A stretch of DNA of 48,985 nucleotides from Methanobacteriota archaeon (GCA_002717835.1 PBBV01000008.1:2152-51136); one strand, 5' to 3'; positions 18,179 through 29,584 are shown, numbered from the stretch's first letter. Notes: generated by a model from the sequence alone, not told the origin. Numbers and translations: made by a program.

Positions 18179-21100
18179 ATGCAAACAAGAACTGAGGAAG
18201 GAGGAGCGCATTCAGACGGGTCAATCGGAACAGGTCTAGTCATAGAACGTCGTTTCACAACGCTCGGCGAGGACCCATTCGATCAATTTGAATGGATTGA
18301 GATGGATGTCGAAATAAGAAATGCAGACGGTTCCCTGGCTCATCGTATAGATGATGTGCGACTGCCATCTGGTTATTCGGGGGTCCCAGGCAAGGTACTA
18401 GCACAAAAGTACCTCCGCAAGGCAGGAGTTCCGGCTATTTTACGAAAGGTAGCAGAAAAAGGCGTACCAGAGTGGCTTCAACGAAGTGAGCCAGATCATG
18501 AAAAGTTGCAGACGCTTGAGCCAAATCAAAGATACATAGGAGAGAGTCATGGGAGAGAATTGTTCCGAAGGTTGGCCGGAACATGGACCTACTGGGGCTG
18601 GAAACACGGATATTTCGAGGCTGAGGCAGATGCTAGGGCTTACTTTGACGAGATGTGCTTCCTAATCGCAAGTCAGCGTTCGGCGCCAAACAGCCCCCAG
18701 TGGTTCAACACCGGCCTTCACTGGGCATATGGTATCGAGGGGCCTGCTCAAGGTCATCGATACATCGATCCAACTTCAGGGGAGCTGATGACCTCAACAA
18801 ACGCATACGAGCATCCCCAACCCCATGCTTGTTTCATTCAGTCCGTGTCCGATTCGTTAGTCGGAGGTAATGATTCTATCATGGGGCTTTGGAATCGCGA
18901 GGCCCTTCTTTTCAAATATGGTTCAGGAACAGGCTCTAACTTCTCAAATATTCGGGGTTCCGGTGAACCTCTTTCCGGAGGAGGAACATCGAGTGGTCTA
19001 CTCTCCTTCCTCAAAATCGGTGACAGGGCTGCGGGTGCTATAAAATCTGGAGGTACGACGCGGAGGGCTGCGAAGATGGTAACGCTCGATCTAGATCACC
19101 CAGATATAGAGGAATACATCGACTGGAAGCTTTCTGAGGAGGAGAAAGTTTCCGCTCTGGTTATTGGTTCCAATCTACTTCAAAGGCATGCGAATGCAAT
19201 AATGGAGGCGATATGGAGCTATGATGGCAAGGGGGATAAATTGGATGTAAATGATAATTCAGCTCTCAAAAAAGCAGCAGCGAAGGCCCTTAGAAACCAT
19301 GTTCCAAATTCACATGTTAAGCGCTTCCTCGATCTCGCTGCTTTGGGTTGGAAATCTATACAATTTGAAACGATGGATACTGATTGGCAAGGAGAAGGGT
19401 ACGGGACCGTTTCTGGACAGAACTCAAACAATTCCGTTCGAGTTCCTAATTCATTCATGGATGCCTTGGAGAACGATGGTACATGGAACCTGTATCACAG
19501 AACCGAGCTGAAGAGCGCAAGTAATGAAGGACGCGAGCCATCTCCTTGCCGGTCTATGCCAGCGAAGGAATTGTGGAACAAGGTAGCGTATACAGCATGG
19601 GCCTGCGCTGATCCAGGTGTTCAATTTGATACAACCATAAACGAATGGCACACCTGCCCTGAAGGCGGGCGGATCAATGGATCTAACCCATGCTCAGAGT
19701 ATATGTTCCTGGATGATACAGCTTGCAACCTTGCCAGCATAAATCTTCTACACTATTTCGATACTGGGGCACAAAAATTCGATATCGCTTCATTCCAGCA
19801 CAGTGTCAGGCTTTGGACCATTACACTCGAAGTAAGCGTATTGATGGCGCAATTCCCCTCTGAACAAATAGCTAGAAAGTCATACGAATATAGGACTCTG
19901 GGACTCGGGTACTGTAACCTTGGCTCTTTGTTGATGCACATGGGTCTCCCTTATGCAGATGAGCGAGCATATGCCGTGTGCGGCGCTCTAACATCGATCA
20001 TGTGTGGAGAGTCGTATGCAACCTCAGCCGAACTCGCAGGCACTCTCGGGCCATTCCCGAATTACGAAGAGAACGCAGAACACATGCTACGTGTGATGCG
20101 AAATCACAGAAGGGCTGCCTACGACAGCAAAGGCAGCGAATATGAAGGGCTCACAATAACCCCCATGGGGATTGATGCAAAGCGTTGCCCGGGCGATCTG
20201 CTAGATGCAGCGAAGTCGGCGTGGGATAGGGCTGTCCAGGGTGGTGAAGAATATGGGTACAGGAACGCTCAGACAACTGTAATTGCTCCTACTGGAACAA
20301 TTGGCCTTGTGATGGCTGCGGACACAACCGGTGTCGAGCCCCAATTCTCACTCGTTCAGTACAAACAGTTAGCGGGTGGCGGCACCCTTCGTATCATCAA
20401 CAAAGGAGTTCCGAGCGCTTTGAAGCGACTTGGTTATTCCGAGGTAGATGTCACCTCCATCGTTGAGCATATCATGGGTACTGGCCGCCTTTCAGGATGC
20501 CCTGGGTTAGATGCTGATCTCTTGCAAAAGAAGGGTTTCACAGAGGAGGTTATCGATAAAATTGAATCCTCGATGCCAGATGTGTTTGATATTCGATCTG
20601 CTTTCTCTCCATCGGTTCTTGGGACGGACTTCTGCACAACAATACTAGGACTCACGAAAGAAGAATGCGGAGATGTTTTCTTCGACACACTATCCCATAT
20701 TGGACTTTCAACGGATGAAATAGAACAGGCAAATGATGTGGTCTTTGGATATGGTAGCATAGAGGGTGCACCTGGTTTAAAGGATGAGCATTTGGCAGTC
20801 TTTGACTGTGCTACGCCTTGTGGTAAACATGGGAAGCGCTCCATTGATTGGCAGGCTCACGTACTCATGATGGCAGCTGCGCAACCATTCATATCAGGAG
20901 CTATTTCAAAGACAATAAACATGTCAGGAGACGCTTCAATCGATGATATACGGGAAGCATATGAGCTCAGTCACAGCACCATGAACAAAGCTTGTGCGGT
21001 GTACAGGGACGGCAGTAAACTCTCACAGCCGCTGATGAGTCAGATCGTAGACACCTCGATTCTAGAGGATGAGGATGAGTCCGGCACTGTCGATGAGATG

Positions 21101-21823
21101 GTTAAGGAGGCTGTAAAAATTATACCGGTACCTGATGACTTAGCTCAGCCAATAGCGGAGAATCTTGTGCAGAGTTTCATCGCAACGAGAAAAGCCATGC
21201 CAGATGTGAGAGATTCACGGACCACAAAGTCGAGAGTTGGTGGACACACAGTATACCTAACTTCAAGCGAATATGAAGATGGCAGGCTCGGAGAGATCAT
21301 GATAACGACCTCGAAGGAAGGGGCGGCATGGAGGTCTATGTTGAATCAATTTGCAATTGCGGTGTCCATTGGTCTTCAGTACGGAGTTCCTCTCGATGCA
21401 TTCGTAAAGTCATTCACATTCCAAAAGTTCGAACCCAGCGGCATGGTTGTTGGTGGATCCGGAAGAGTGAGAATGTCAACGAGTATCGTAGACTATATCT
21501 TCAGAGAGTTGGCAATTGAATATCTTGGAAGAAACGATCTAGCGCATGTTTCTGAAGAAGATCTTGAAGCGACCTCAATAAGTCGGCCTGTTCCAACAGA
21601 TGACGGTCTTCTTCGACATCAAGGAGAGAAGCGCGAAGTTCAGATGACTCTTACATCCTCAACGACCGAGCCATTTGAAGATGAAATAACGAAGACAAGG
21701 AGGTTAGCTCGGGAACGCGGTTTTACAGGAGATATTTGTGATGATTGCGGAAGCAGCCAGATGGTTAGGAACGGAACATGCCTGAAATGCAATGCATGCG
21801 GATCTACGACTGGATGCTCGTGA
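18179..21823 (+). CDS. nrdJ: Class II (adenosylcobalamin-dependent) ribonucleotide reductase with C-terminal TSCPD-like domain and zinc ribbon
   Basis: APNSPQWFN, QPHACFI, GGTTRRAAKM, SNPCSEY, TACNLAS, IAPTGTI, AISKTIN, YRDGSK, and terminal CDDCG..CLKCNACGSTTGCS. GAGGAG precedes ATG 18179. Confidence 0.96.
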   Translation: MQTRTEEGGAHSDGSIGTGLVIERRFTTLGEDPFDQFEWIEMDVEIRNADGSLAHRIDDVRLPSGYSGVPGKVLAQKYLRKAGVPAILRKVAEKGVPEWLQRSEPDHEKLQTLEPNQRYIGESHGRELFRRLAGTWTYWGWKHGYFEAEADARAYFDEMCFLIASQRSAPNSPQWFNTGLHWAYGIEGPAQGHRYIDPTSGELMTSTNAYEHPQPHACFIQSVSDSLVGGNDSIMGLWNREALLFKYGSGTGSNFSNIRGSGEPLSGGGTSSGLLSFLKIGDRAAGAIKSGGTTRRAAKMVTLDLDHPDIEEYIDWKLSEEEKVSALVIGSNLLQRHANAIMEAIWSYDGKGDKLDVNDNSALKKAAAKALRNHVPNSHVKRFLDLAALGWKSIQFETMDTDWQGEGYGTVSGQNSNNSVRVPNSFMDALENDGTWNLYHRTELKSASNEGREPSPCRSMPAKELWNKVAYTAWACADPGVQFDTTINEWHTCPEGGRINGSNPCSEYMFLDDTACNLASINLLHYFDTGAQKFDIASFQHSVRLWTITLEVSVLMAQFPSEQIARKSYEYRTLGLGYCNLGSLLMHMGLPYADERAYAVCGALTSIMCGESYATSAELAGTLGPFPNYEENAEHMLRVMRNHRRAAYDSKGSEYEGLTITPMGIDAKRCPGDLLDAAKSAWDRAVQGGEEYGYRNAQTTVIAPTGTIGLVMAADTTGVEPQFSLVQYKQLAGGGTLRIINKGVPSALKRLGYSEVDVTSIVEHIMGTGRLSGCPGLDADLLQKKGFTEEVIDKIESSMPDVFDIRSAFSPSVLGTDFCTTILGLTKEECGDVFFDTLSHIGLSTDEIEQANDVVFGYGSIEGAPGLKDEHLAVFDCATPCGKHGKRSIDWQAHVLMMAAAQPFISGAISKTINMSGDASIDDIREAYELSHSTMNKACAVYRDGSKLSQPLMSQIVDTSILEDEDESGTVDEMVKEAVKIIPVPDDLAQPIAENLVQSFIATRKAMPDVRDSRTTKSRVGGHTVYLTSSEYEDGRLGEIMITTSKEGAAWRSMLNQFAIAVSIGLQYGVPLDAFVKSFTFQKFEPSGMVVGGSGRVRMSTSIVDYIFRELAIEYLGRNDLAHVSEEDLEATSISRPVPTDDGLLRHQGEKREVQMTLTSSTTEPFEDEITKTRRLARERGFTGDICDDCGSSQMVRNGTCLKCNACGSTTGCS

Positions 21824-21825
21824 AA

Positions 21826-23091
21826 TCATACGCCTTCTCTGTTCATAATCTCTTTCCGTAGCAAACTTGCTTCGCTATCCGATGTTTCGCCAATTCGCCT
21901 TAGTGTAGCTTCAAAAGCCTCCATAGATATCTTTCGCTGCTCAGAAATTAGTCCCATGAGGCGTGTTTTGACGAGATCGCCGCCACTAGTCCATGCATGG
22001 CTCAATAGACCCTGTTCATCTCCTGGGTCACGATCCAGATATGTTCTGAAGCCAGATTCGATCAATCTTCTAATCGTGCGGTCATTTCCAATGGAAATGA
22101 GATAGGCTGCACGAGCAGGATATTCTTCAGGCCTCTGCGCGCATAGGGAAGCGAGAGTATTGGAAAGTATGGTGATCAAAGAAGTGTCATCAGTGACTAC
22201 AAGCTTGTCATGTATCTCTAACGCTAGATATGGCATTCTTCCAGATAAGGAATCAAGGCGATCAGCGAGTAAATGGATTATAGAGCGATTTCCTGATTCA
22301 GAGATGGTCATCAGTGCTAGTCTTGCAGATTCGGGATCATGCGTTGAAATCTGTATCAAGGCGTCCAAGCATCCAGAGCAATTGGATTCTGGATACCGGA
22401 TTATGGCTTCCATTGCCCTCCTAGCTATTTGAAGTCTATATGCGGCCGCGGGATACATTGCCAGAGCGGGAAGCCATGAATTGACAGCTGCCATAGATTG
22501 TGGGTTGTCCATGGATTCCAGAAGAGAATTCACCGCGAGTACCCCTCGCGGATGTGGTATCCTTTCACCGTGATTTGGTATATCCATGCTTCCAAAGACC
22601 ATCGCGAGTATCGAATTAGGCTTCTCAGTCGCTGCGAATGACCCTTGTATAGTCCGGCCGACGAATGAGGTATAACCGAGATACCAGCGATCTGTATCTG
22701 GGTGGATTTCATCCAATGCCGAATTAAGCCAGTCGATGGCCGTCATTATCGATATCTGATCTGCAATCTCATGAGCATTCTTGTGGAGCCATTCTTCCAG
22801 CCTCTCTTCATGATCGAATAAGCCTGGAATAGGACGATACGTCATCTCTATAACATTCTCAAGTCGAATGTCGAAACCCTTTCGATTGGCTGCGTGTAAT
22901 CCTGCTGCCTGTTGAGTCAGTTTGGAGGGGTTTGTCGGCCTAAGGGCAGGGAAATCTGGTAATTCATGTATGGGATCGTGTATGGTAACAGATGACCATG
23001 CGGCCTCAATAGCTTCATGGATCTGATTTCCGACTATCTCAAAGATGAGTGGTCGTGAATCTCTGCGGTGCATCTTAGCACCAGAATTCAT
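21826..23091 (-). CDS. Hypothetical helical (HEAT/ARM-like) protein, 421 aa
   Basis: Long ORF with an ATGA overlap with the tfb stop. Amphipathic helical repeats in the C-terminal half. Confidence 0.75.
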   Translation of the reverse strand: MNSGAKMHRRDSRPLIFEIVGNQIHEAIEAAWSSVTIHDPIHELPDFPALRPTNPSKLTQQAAGLHAANRKGFDIRLENVIEMTYRPIPGLFDHEERLEEWLHKNAHEIADQISIMTAIDWLNSALDEIHPDTDRWYLGYTSFVGRTIQGSFAATEKPNSILAMVFGSMDIPNHGERIPHPRGVLAVNSLLESMDNPQSMAAVNSWLPALAMYPAAAYRLQIARRAMEAIIRYPESNCSGCLDALIQISTHDPESARLALMTISESGNRSIIHLLADRLDSLSGRMPYLALEIHDKLVVTDDTSLITILSNTLASLCAQRPEEYPARAAYLISIGNDRTIRRLIESGFRTYLDRDPGDEQGLLSHAWTSGGDLVKTRLMGLISEQRKISMEAFEATLRRIGETSDSEASLLRKEIMNREGV

Positions 23092-24014
23092 ATTTCTAAT
23101 TCGATATTCAGATTCTGGATTAATTCCTTGTATCTATTACGAATTGTGACTTCTGTGACACCAGCGACCTCTGCAACTTCTCGTTGGGTGCGGCGTTTGC
23201 CACAGAGCACGCTTGAGATGTAAATTATAGATGCCGCGATTCCAGTGGGGCCGCGACCACTCGTCAACTCTTTTTCTTGGGCTTTGGCAATGAGTTCGTA
23301 TGCTTTGGACTGAACTTCTGCATCGAGATCTAAGCCTGAACAGAATCTTGGAATATAGTCTTCTGGCTTGGTTGGGGGGATTTTCATTTTTAGTTCGCGG
23401 ACCATGAATCTGTACGTCCTTCCTATCTCCTTTCGGCCAGTTCGGCTAGCTTCGCCAATTTCATCTAATGTTCTCGGGTTGTTACACTGCCGGCATGCTG
23501 CATACAACGACGCTGCAGCGACTCCTTCGATCGAACGTCCGCGGATCAATCTCTTTTCTACGGCTTTCTTGTAATTCACTGCTGCAGTTTCACGAATTGT
23601 TTTCGGCAAATCTAACCTACTGGCCATTCTATCTAGTTCTGCAAGGGCCATCGCAAGATTTCGCTCTGTTGCGTTAGAGACCCGGGATCTCTTTTGCCAC
23701 TTCCTCATTCTGTAAAACTGAGACCTGTATCTGCTAGAAATTGTCTTACCAGAGTAATCCTTGTTTTGCCAGTCAATGTCGGTAGAGAGACCCTTGTCAT
23801 GTAGCATGACGGTCATTGGGGCTCCAGTACGTGCTCGCTGATCCCCTTGTTCAGGGCTGAAAACACGCCACTCTGCGCCTTGGTCGATTACTTTGTCCTC
23901 TAGGACTAGTCCACAATCGTCACATACCACTTCACCACGAGTTTCATCTCGGGTGAGGTTTCGACTGCTGCATTCAGTGCATTTTACGGTATCTTCGACC
24001 AAATAATCAGACAT
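23088..24014 (-). CDS. tfb: Transcription initiation factor IIB
   Basis: CTEC..CDDCG zinc ribbon, IDQGAEWR B-reader, two cyclin repeats (GRSIEG, GRGPTG), [21 protein letters not shown] upstream. Confidence 0.98.
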   Translation of the reverse strand: MSDYLVEDTVKCTECSSRNLTRDETRGEVVCDDCGLVLEDKVIDQGAEWRVFSPEQGDQRARTGAPMTVMLHDKGLSTDIDWQNKDYSGKTISSRYRSQFYRMRKWQKRSRVSNATERNLAMALAELDRMASRLDLPKTIRETAAVNYKKAVEKRLIRGRSIEGVAAASLYAACRQCNNPRTLDEIGEASRTGRKEIGRTYRFMVRELKMKIPPTKPEDYIPRFCSGLDLDAEVQSKAYELIAKAQEKELTSGRGPTGIAASIIYISSVLCGKRRTQREVAEVAGVTEVTIRNRYKELIQNLNIELEI

Positions 24015-24171
24015 TATGTATCACCTTTCATTACCATCAAAAGAGAAGGTATTATAATCTCCAATAGTCATATTATTAAAATATATCACTTTACGAATAA
24101 ATGCACTGCAATTTACATTTTTGCCGTTGGCATCATAACCTTGGGCCTCCTGATTGGTATTGGGGAGAACG

Positions 24172-26160
24172 ATGGGAGAATGGCCTCCGAGTGAAATAAC
24201 TCTGTCCAAAAATGGGCGTGTTCTATTCCTAACAAAGGATCCTTCACTCATCAAGGCACAGCTGTACGATGGCCTTGATCTCAAAATGAAAGATCTAGAC
24301 GTTGCAGATTTGATGGATGATATCAATACTGATGTAATGACTCCTGCATGGGTTTGTTTCGATCACGAGCCTGCTGTGATTGCGGAGAATGCTTACGCGG
24401 GTTTACTTCATGAGGGTGAGAGAGTATTTCGTCAAGGTGCACTGAAAGAAGGTGGTTTTGAGGTGATTGTGAGCGGTCATAGAAAGGGAACTGGCAGCAG
24501 CCGTGAAACGGCTCCACAATGCGAGAGGTGGTCTGGAATCCGAATAGTGATTGCCGCTTCATTTGCCCCCATACACGAGCGCAATAACATCAATCTTGGC
24601 CAGGTAATGGGTAATCATGCAATGTTGGAAAGATTACAAGGTGGTGAAGTCATACCCCTATCAGAATTTACAGAAAGATATGATCCTGTGACTCGACTTA
24701 TTCTGGAAAATGGAGGGATTCTGCCATTCGCAAAAAAATTGGATGCGGGGGGTGTAGTCCTACCTGCCATATCAACTAATCAAAAGCCTATGACTATGGC
24801 TGAGAAAATCATATCTAACAAATTGATCGGAAGAGGTTCCGCTCCGTGTTACGTATCGCCAGGCGATGCTGTACTCGCAACGGTAGATGGGGGATACAGT
24901 CATGAGTTCACAACAGCTCAAGTCCATAATTTCCTGAAGGATGAATATGGAGAAAATTATTCCTTACCAAACCCCCCAAAATTTGCTGTTTTTGAGGATC
25001 ATTTGCTCTATGCACCAGGTGTTCCAAGATTTGGAGCATTCACTGACAAAATTCAGATCTTACGTGATTTGCAAGTCGTATTTCAACGTCATACGGGAGT
25101 TAGGGACTATTCTGCAAAGAATGGGGTGAGCCCGGGGATATGCCATCAGGTGGCACGAGAAGAATTCATTGATGTTGGAGATTTCATCCAAGCCACTGAC
25201 AGCCATACATGCATGGGCGGAGCGTCTAACGCCCTTACTTATGGTGTAGGATCAACTGAATACGCGAATCTTGTACACAATCAATTTGCATTCGTAAAAG
25301 TTCCAGAAAGTATTCGTTTCGAATTAATCGGTTCGTTGAATCCCGGTTGTACTGCAAAGGATGTTATTTTACACATACTATGGCACTATGCCAAGCACTC
25401 TGATACTCTCGATCGTTCAATGGAATTTGGTGGTGCTGGCCTTGCTTCTTTATCCATGGATGAAAGAGCGACATTATGCAATATGGCGACGGAATGTAGT
25501 GCAAAAACGGGAATATGTGAGCCAGATCAACTGACAATCAATTGGCTGTTGGAACGAAGAGGCGATTTGAATGAGGAAGATATCCGTAATGCGTTTGTAT
25601 TCCCAGATATTGATGCACATTACGATGGAGGCATACATGTAATCGACCTCGACGGGATACGTCCAATGGTCGCCCATCCGGGTAATCCTGATGAGGGCGT
25701 CCCTTCAGATCCTACCAATGGGGCTTACATCGAGGAGATCGGAGATGTTCGAATTGACATAGCATATGCAGGTTCATGTACTGCTGGAAAGGATGACGAT
25801 TTTGCGTATTATGCTATGGTCACTAAAGCTGCCTTAGATAAGGGTATGAAAATTGCAGATGGTGTGGAGTGTTACATCCAATTCGGTTCCAAATCTGTAA
25901 AGGATCTATCCGAAAGAAATGGATGGAGTTCGATGTTCGAGAAAGCAGGTGTAAAATTGATTGATCCCGGTTGTGGGGCATGCATCGGGGCTGGTCCGGG
26001 GGTTTCAAATGATGTTGGTCAAGTTACTGTGTCTGCAATCAATCGAAATTTTCAGGGCCGTTCTGGTCCGGGAAAGCTGTATTTGGCCAGCCCGTTAACA
26101 GTGATGGCTAGTGCTTTTACTGGGAAGATATCTGCATGGGATCCGGGACTTTTCGACTAA
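24172..26160 (+). CDS. Aconitase-family [4Fe-4S] hydratase with N-terminal swivel (LeuD-like) domain fused to the large (LeuC-like) domain
   Basis: N-terminal GTGSSRETA swivel motif, then GICHQ, TDSHT, AGSCT, GCGACIG, NRNFQGR, YLASP. Confidence 0.9.
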   Translation: MGEWPPSEITLSKNGRVLFLTKDPSLIKAQLYDGLDLKMKDLDVADLMDDINTDVMTPAWVCFDHEPAVIAENAYAGLLHEGERVFRQGALKEGGFEVIVSGHRKGTGSSRETAPQCERWSGIRIVIAASFAPIHERNNINLGQVMGNHAMLERLQGGEVIPLSEFTERYDPVTRLILENGGILPFAKKLDAGGVVLPAISTNQKPMTMAEKIISNKLIGRGSAPCYVSPGDAVLATVDGGYSHEFTTAQVHNFLKDEYGENYSLPNPPKFAVFEDHLLYAPGVPRFGAFTDKIQILRDLQVVFQRHTGVRDYSAKNGVSPGICHQVAREEFIDVGDFIQATDSHTCMGGASNALTYGVGSTEYANLVHNQFAFVKVPESIRFELIGSLNPGCTAKDVILHILWHYAKHSDTLDRSMEFGGAGLASLSMDERATLCNMATECSAKTGICEPDQLTINWLLERRGDLNEEDIRNAFVFPDIDAHYDGGIHVIDLDGIRPMVAHPGNPDEGVPSDPTNGAYIEEIGDVRIDIAYAGSCTAGKDDDFAYYAMVTKAALDKGMKIADGVECYIQFGSKSVKDLSERNGWSSMFEKAGVKLIDPGCGACIGAGPGVSNDVGQVTVSAINRNFQGRSGPGKLYLASPLTVMASAFTGKISAWDPGLFD

Positions 26161-26172
26161 TTGCCACATAAG

Positions 26173-26298
26173 GTGGGATTCAACAATATCTCAGGGAAGG
26201 CCATAACGACAATTCTGGTCCTGGTGATTACAAGTTGTTCTTCATTGCTATTTTACCTGCATTATGATGGGGCATGCTCTAAGTGCTATCTGTCATAA
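26173..26298 (+). CDS. Possible small single-TM protein (41 aa) with C-terminal CxxC
   Basis: GTG-start ORF MGFNNISGKAITTILVLVITSCSSLLFYLHYDGACSKCYLS fills the gap between the aconitase-family gene and top6B. Below the ORF-track cutoff. Confidence 0.3.
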   Translation: MGFNNISGKAITTILVLVITSCSSLLFYLHYDGACSKCYLS

Positions 26299-26368
26299 TA
26301 CTACGTCTACCGACAGGAGGCCCCATGTCATCAGGGCATAGGGAGGACCTTGTAGGACGGTGATCAAA

Positions 26369-28432
26369 ATGGACAAAGCGCAGAGGATTGCAAGCAAACA
26401 AAAGCAAATCTCGATAAGCGAATTCTTTGAAAAAAATAAGCATTTTCTTGGATTTGACACTCATCAAAGGGCCATTATAACTGCTGTTAAGGAGGCTGTG
26501 GACAATTCTCTTGATGCTTGTGAAGAAGGACGGATATTGCCTGAAATACATGTTGAAATAAAGCGGCTTGAAGGGGATCGATTGGAGCTTATAACCCAAG
26601 ACAACGGTCCGGGGATACCAAGAGAATCGATAGCCAATGTGTTTGGTAAATTCCTGCTTGGTTCCCGATTCCACGCTATTCGTCAGACCCGTGGTCAACA
26701 AGGTATAGGGATAACAGGAGTCGTAATGTATGCCCAATTAACGACTGGTTCCACTACTACTGTGATGTCAAAGATTGAAACAGAGTCAACAGCTGTCAGA
26801 GTTGATCTTGCATTAGATACCAAGAACAACAGGGCCTTGAAATCTAATGAAGATAGAATCCCCTTGGAAGAATGGTTTGAAGAAAGCGGCATGCAATCAG
26901 CCCATGGCCTAAGAATAAGAACGGTAATGGCTGCTAAGTACCAAAGAGGAAGGCAATCTGTTCATCAGTATCTGAGAATGACTTCCATTGTCAACCCTCA
27001 TGCCACGATCAGACTGAAGGTCATTGGTAAGCAAGGTGAGATTATCGACGAAGGAGAGTGGATAAGGACCACCAAAAAATTGCCAAGGCCTGTTGTTGAA
27101 ATCCGCCCTCATCCCCATGGTATGCAATTTGGAACACTTCAGAGAATGTTAAAAAATACAAAGGAGAGAAATGTAAAATCATTTCTTAGAAAAGAGTTTG
27201 AGAAGGTGTCTCCACTCGTAGCCAAGAAAATTTTAGAACATGCAGAAATAGATGAGAAAAAGAGGCCGTCTGGATTAAATGTAGAGGGAATTCAAAATTT
27301 GCTTTCTGCTTTCATGTCGGTGAAAATACAGGCCCCTCCAACTGATTGCCTCTCACCGATTGAAGACCTTCTGATAAAAAAGGGTCTTGAAAAGGCAATT
27401 GATTCGAGATATGCAGCAACAGTCACTAGAACTCCCACTGTGAGCCAAGGGAATCCGTTCCAAGTAGAGGTTGGGCTAGTCTTTGGTGGAGATCTTCCTT
27501 CAGATGGGGCTGTGGAAGTTCTGAGGTTCGCAAACAGGGTACCCCTGATGTATCAACAAGGAGGATGTTTACTGACGAAGGGGATCGAATCAATAGATTG
27601 GCGGAGATATGGTCTTGAGCAGACAGGTGGAAAGGGAGTGCCCAAGGGCCCAGCTGCAATACTTGTGCATCTGGCTTCAACCAATGTTCAGTTTACTAGC
27701 GAAGCAAAAGAGGCTGTCTCGGAAAATGAAGAAGTTCTCGAAGAGCTGCGAAGGGCGCTCTTCGAAGTGGGGAGGGGGCTTCAAGGACATAGGAAAAGGA
27801 TTGGTCAAAGAGAGAAATCTCGAGAGAAATTTGACTTGATCAATAAGATACTGCCAGAAATCGCTATCAAATCCTCATCCATGCTTGGACGTCCTGAGCC
27901 AGATCTGTCCCCAATAATAACCAAAATCATGAATGCCGTTTTTTGTGAGGAAGATGTGATATGGGATACAAAGAAAAAGTTGGCCAGATGCTCGATAAAA
28001 GTTTACAATTACACAGCAAGAGCAAGGGCGTATACCATTATTGTAAAATGGCCAGAAAGAGATGGGGTTAGGCTGATCGAAAATGAAAGGGGAGGGCGTA
28101 AAGAAACTCGAGGGCTTTGGGCATGGCGATTGGATGCGATAAATCCAGGCAGTATGACTGAAATATCATTCGCAGTGGAGGGTCTGGCGCACGGAGATTG
28201 GAAAGAGGCAGAAGTATTCTTCCGAGGTAATGGGGAAATAATAGGCTCTGAAAAAATAGACGAGTCCTTGTTAGAAGAGATTCGAAAGCAAGAAGGTCTC
28301 AAAGGAGTGGTGGAGGAATTCGTAGAGGTGGCTCCTGTTCAGCGTCAGGTGATTGAGGTAGCGTCAGAGAGAGATTCATTCAACGAGGCGGATGAAAAAA
28401 AGGAGTGGAAAAGCGGTAATACGCTATTCTGA
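26369..28432 (+). CDS. top6B: DNA topoisomerase VI subunit B
   Basis: ISEFFEKN, KEAVDNSLDA, QDNGPGI, RGQQGIG GHKL motifs, RFANRVPL. GGTGAT SD before ATG 26369. Confidence 0.97.
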   Translation: MDKAQRIASKQKQISISEFFEKNKHFLGFDTHQRAIITAVKEAVDNSLDACEEGRILPEIHVEIKRLEGDRLELITQDNGPGIPRESIANVFGKFLLGSRFHAIRQTRGQQGIGITGVVMYAQLTTGSTTTVMSKIETESTAVRVDLALDTKNNRALKSNEDRIPLEEWFEESGMQSAHGLRIRTVMAAKYQRGRQSVHQYLRMTSIVNPHATIRLKVIGKQGEIIDEGEWIRTTKKLPRPVVEIRPHPHGMQFGTLQRMLKNTKERNVKSFLRKEFEKVSPLVAKKILEHAEIDEKKRPSGLNVEGIQNLLSAFMSVKIQAPPTDCLSPIEDLLIKKGLEKAIDSRYAATVTRTPTVSQGNPFQVEVGLVFGGDLPSDGAVEVLRFANRVPLMYQQGGCLLTKGIESIDWRRYGLEQTGGKGVPKGPAAILVHLASTNVQFTSEAKEAVSENEEVLEELRRALFEVGRGLQGHRKRIGQREKSREKFDLINKILPEIAIKSSSMLGRPEPDLSPIITKIMNAVFCEEDVIWDTKKKLARCSIKVYNYTARARAYTIIVKWPERDGVRLIENERGGRKETRGLWAWRLDAINPGSMTEISFAVEGLAHGDWKEAEVFFRGNGEIIGSEKIDESLLEEIRKQEGLKGVVEEFVEVAPVQRQVIEVASERDSFNEADEKKEWKSGNTLF

Positions 28433-29553
28433 TGGTGGTTGTTGTGCAAGATAGAACTCGAAGCAAGGAAGAGACAGTAAATGCGCTTCATGCGGTTGCA
28501 GCGGAAATGCATGATAGAATGATGAGGGGGGAGCCACCAAGAATGACTCTGCCAGTTAGATCAAAGAAAAATATAGCCTTCGACGAGAAGTTGAGTGTGT
28601 ACAAATATGGCAGTAAGAAGACGATTAGAGATGCAACCAGTCTAGGTTCTGCACATCAACTTCTGAGGGCACTGCATGTCACAGAATTCATGGAAGACAT
28701 GATTGAAAGTAAAAAATCATCAACACTAAGGGAGATGTACTACATCTCTGAGGGTTGGGGATATGGAAAATTTAGCTCTCAAAACGAAAGTAACAACCTT
28801 GCTGAAGACTTGGAGATTGTGACAGGATGTCTTAGGGAGGATTTCAAACTAAGGCCGGAAGAGGATGGCGCTAGAATAATCGGAAATCTTACGTTCCAAG
28901 AGAAAAATCGACGTGGAGAGTGGATGAGAATAAACTGCAGAGATGATGTCGGCGATTCGGGTTATGGAGTTCCGTACAACGTGGAATCTGAAAAATTACA
29001 ATTGATAGAACACGATATTGATTTCATGATGGCAATCGAGACGGGGGGGATGTTTGATCGGCTTGTAGAAAATGGATTTGATGAGTTGGCAAGATGTGGT
29101 TTGATTCACTTGAAAGGGCAACCAGCTCGTTCCACTAGACGTGTGATGAAGAGGATTAATGAAGAGTGGGGAATACCCATTGTTGTTTTTACTGATGCTG
29201 ATCCTTGGTCTTTCAGAATATTTGCTTCTATTGCATATGGTGCGATTAAAACAGCTCATATTTCGGAATATTTAGCAACCCCGAGTGCAATATATCTTGG
29301 TATAGAATCTGGGGATATAGAAGCATATGATCTTCCATCTGATGAGTTGACGCCCAGAGATATAGAGGCATTGAAAGCGGAGAAGAGCGACCCTAGATTT
29401 CAAAGTCAGGAGTGGATTGATCAAATTGATTTGATGCTTGATCTTGGAAAGAAAGCTGAACAGCAATCTCTCGCCAAGTATGGTCTTGATTTTGTCACTG
29501 ACACATATCTTCCAGAGAAGTTACAGCAGAAACTAGGACTTGTCATCGGCTAA
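28432..29553 (+). CDS. top6A: DNA topoisomerase VI subunit A
   Basis: STLREMYY (catalytic Tyr), AIETGG, KGQP, FTDADP Toprim motifs, KAEQQ. TGATG overlap with top6B. Confidence 0.97.
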   Translation: MVVVVQDRTRSKEETVNALHAVAAEMHDRMMRGEPPRMTLPVRSKKNIAFDEKLSVYKYGSKKTIRDATSLGSAHQLLRALHVTEFMEDMIESKKSSTLREMYYISEGWGYGKFSSQNESNNLAEDLEIVTGCLREDFKLRPEEDGARIIGNLTFQEKNRRGEWMRINCRDDVGDSGYGVPYNVESEKLQLIEHDIDFMMAIETGGMFDRLVENGFDELARCGLIHLKGQPARSTRRVMKRINEEWGIPIVVFTDADPWSFRIFASIAYGAIKTAHISEYLATPSAIYLGIESGDIEAYDLPSDELTPRDIEALKAEKSDPRFQSQEWIDQIDLMLDLGKKAEQQSLAKYGLDFVTDTYLPEKLQQKLGLVIG

Positions 29554-29584
29554 ACTCCAAATCAGAGCTTGTTGTGATTGGTGC

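Noticed and set aside
18179-21823. Intein in the long nrdJ
   Set aside because: No C/S...HN splice junctions or LAGLIDADG motifs were seen, and the catalytic motifs are contiguous. Insertions and the C-terminal domain explain the length.
26158-26298. Stop-codon readthrough extending the aconitase-family protein with a TM tail
   Set aside because: The stop is TAA, the enzyme ends at a normal position, and no recoding signal is visible. Kept only as a possible independent small ORF.
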